Part shown: positions 50,169 to 52,485 of the stretch, piece after piece
Layout of the letters: each line of letters starts with the position of its first letter
How positions within the stretch are numbered: the first letter of the stretch is position 1
NCBI GenBank assembly: GCA_035540515.1
Contig: DATLGM010000286.1
Coordinates: 1-52,485 of the forward strand
Direction of reading: 5' to 3'
Length of the DNA stretch: 52,485 nt
DNA from: Egibacteraceae bacterium
Lineage (GTDB): Bacteria > Actinomycetota > Nitriliruptoria > Euzebyales > Egibacteraceae
Notes under the pieces: generated by a model
The model's database searches: none
Seen by the model: only the letters and a program-made list of their open reading frames with translations
Told to the model about the DNA's origin: nothing
Program-made: the position numbers and the translations under genes

Positions 50169-50875
50169 GCGGGCTGTTGGCTCTGCTCGGCGGTCAGGAG
50201 CACACCGAGGGGTGCGAGGCGATCGACCGCCGGCTCCTGGAGGAGGTGGGCAGCGATCGGCCGTCGGTGACGGTCGTGCTCGCTGCGTCCACACCGCGGC
50301 GCCGAGCGTTCAAGACGCACGAGGCGCACGCGTACTGGGGACGACTGGGCTGCGACGTGCAGATCGCCATGGCGGGAGGGGCGGACGAGACCCAGCGGGC
50401 GCTGGACGCCTTGGCGGCACCCGATATCGTGGTGCTGACGGGCGGCCATCCCTGGCTGCTGCACGCCCGCTTGGACCGCTCGCCGGTCTTGGAGCGGATC
50501 CTTGACTTGTGGCACTCCGGGGTGCCGCTGTCCGGGTCGTCGGCGGGGGCCATCGCGCTGTGCGAGTGGCGGCAGTACCTGAAGCCGCCGCGCCCGTTCC
50601 GGCTGGTCCCCGGCGCCTTCCGCGTGCTGCCGGGAACGGCGGCCGCCCCGCACTTCGACCGCTACGGGCTGCACCGCTGGGCGCGGGCGGTCAGCCGCCG
50701 CTACCCCAAGCTGCGGATCCTCGGCCTGAACGACCAGACCGCTCTGGTCGGGCGGGGCGACGAGTTCACCGTGGTGGGCCAGCACGACGTCGCGATGGTG
50801 CAGGGGGGACGGGCGACGCGGTTCCCGGTCGGCGCGACGCTGGAGGTCGGCATGCCGGCGGGAGTGATGGCCTGA
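50165..50875 (+). CDS. peptidase S51 family protein (cyanophycinase/dipeptidase-E-like)
   Basis: GTG 50165 overlaps the preceding stop (GTGA). Nucleophile GSSAGA; APHFDRYG..R resembles the cyanophycinase DQHF..R..R region. Confidence 0.75.
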   Translation: MSGLLALLGGQEHTEGCEAIDRRLLEEVGSDRPSVTVVLAASTPRRRAFKTHEAHAYWGRLGCDVQIAMAGGADETQRALDALAAPDIVVLTGGHPWLLHARLDRSPVLERILDLWHSGVPLSGSSAGAIALCEWRQYLKPPRPFRLVPGAFRVLPGTAAAPHFDRYGLHRWARAVSRRYPKLRILGLNDQTALVGRGDEFTVVGQHDVAMVQGGRATRFPVGATLEVGMPAGVMA

Positions 50876-50878
50876 CGG

Positions 50879-52386
<1,508 letters not shown>

Positions 52387-52390
<4 letters not shown>

Positions 52391-52485
52391 CCGAACACCA
52401 GCTCCTCGGCGTCGGCGGCGGCGCCCAGCTTGGGATCGCGGGCGTCGATCCGGCCCTGGACCGCCAGGAACAGCAGCACCAGCGC
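52387..52485 (-). CDS. hypothetical protein, 3' fragment (5' end outside window)
   Basis: A GC3-rich minus-strand frame (...ALVLLFLAVQGRIDARDPKLGAAADAEELVFG*) is open to the window edge. Its TGA overlaps the TTG start of the cyclase gene (TTGA). Confidence 0.4.

Overview
This is a very GC-rich, densely coding chromosomal segment of actinobacterial type. The markers are whiA, an Rpf-type muralytic gene, an F420/LLM-type oxidoreductase, and uvrC-rapZ-yvcK-whiA-gap-pgk-tpiA...secG synteny. I support about 45 protein-coding genes, with no rRNA, tRNA, CRISPR array, transposase or integrase. Many genes are joined by ATGA/GTGA/TTGA start-stop overlaps.

Gene order:
- A 3' gene fragment, a secreted protein, an SRPBCC protein, and an AT-richer single-gene islet.
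- The conserved uvrC-rapZ-yvcK-whiA-gap-pgk-tpiA block, separated from secG by a blaI/blaR1-like pair and an ACC-deaminase gene.
- A peptide-type ABC importer locus with three family-5 binding proteins, then an asymmetric heterodimeric ABC exporter.
- LLM oxidoreductase, RecQ, a membrane-anchored molybdoenzyme and an acyl-CoA dehydrogenase.
- A LysM-Rpf gene behind a long structured leader, a divergent FtsH paralogue, and a FAD-Rieske oxidoreductase.
- An esterase/ATP-grasp/ACT operon followed by a structured spacer and a 33-codon ORF.
- An alpha/beta hydrolase, a YhhN protein and a receiver-RsbW-kinase fusion.
- hutHUIG, a coupled flippase-like/S51-peptidase pair, and a GAF-GGDEF cyclase.

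Most of the window is ordinary core genome. The candidates most worth follow-up are:
1. The ATP-grasp operon plus the unannotated small ORF and its leader.
2. The putative cyclic-di-AMP (ydaO-type) leader of rpf.
3. The REC-anti-sigma-kinase fusion.
4. The flippase-like/S51 pair.
5. The FtsH paralogue with insertions in its AAA module.
6. A RecQ gene whose conserved N-terminus lies upstream of any canonical start codon.

All functional calls rest on motifs I recognise by eye. No database search was run.
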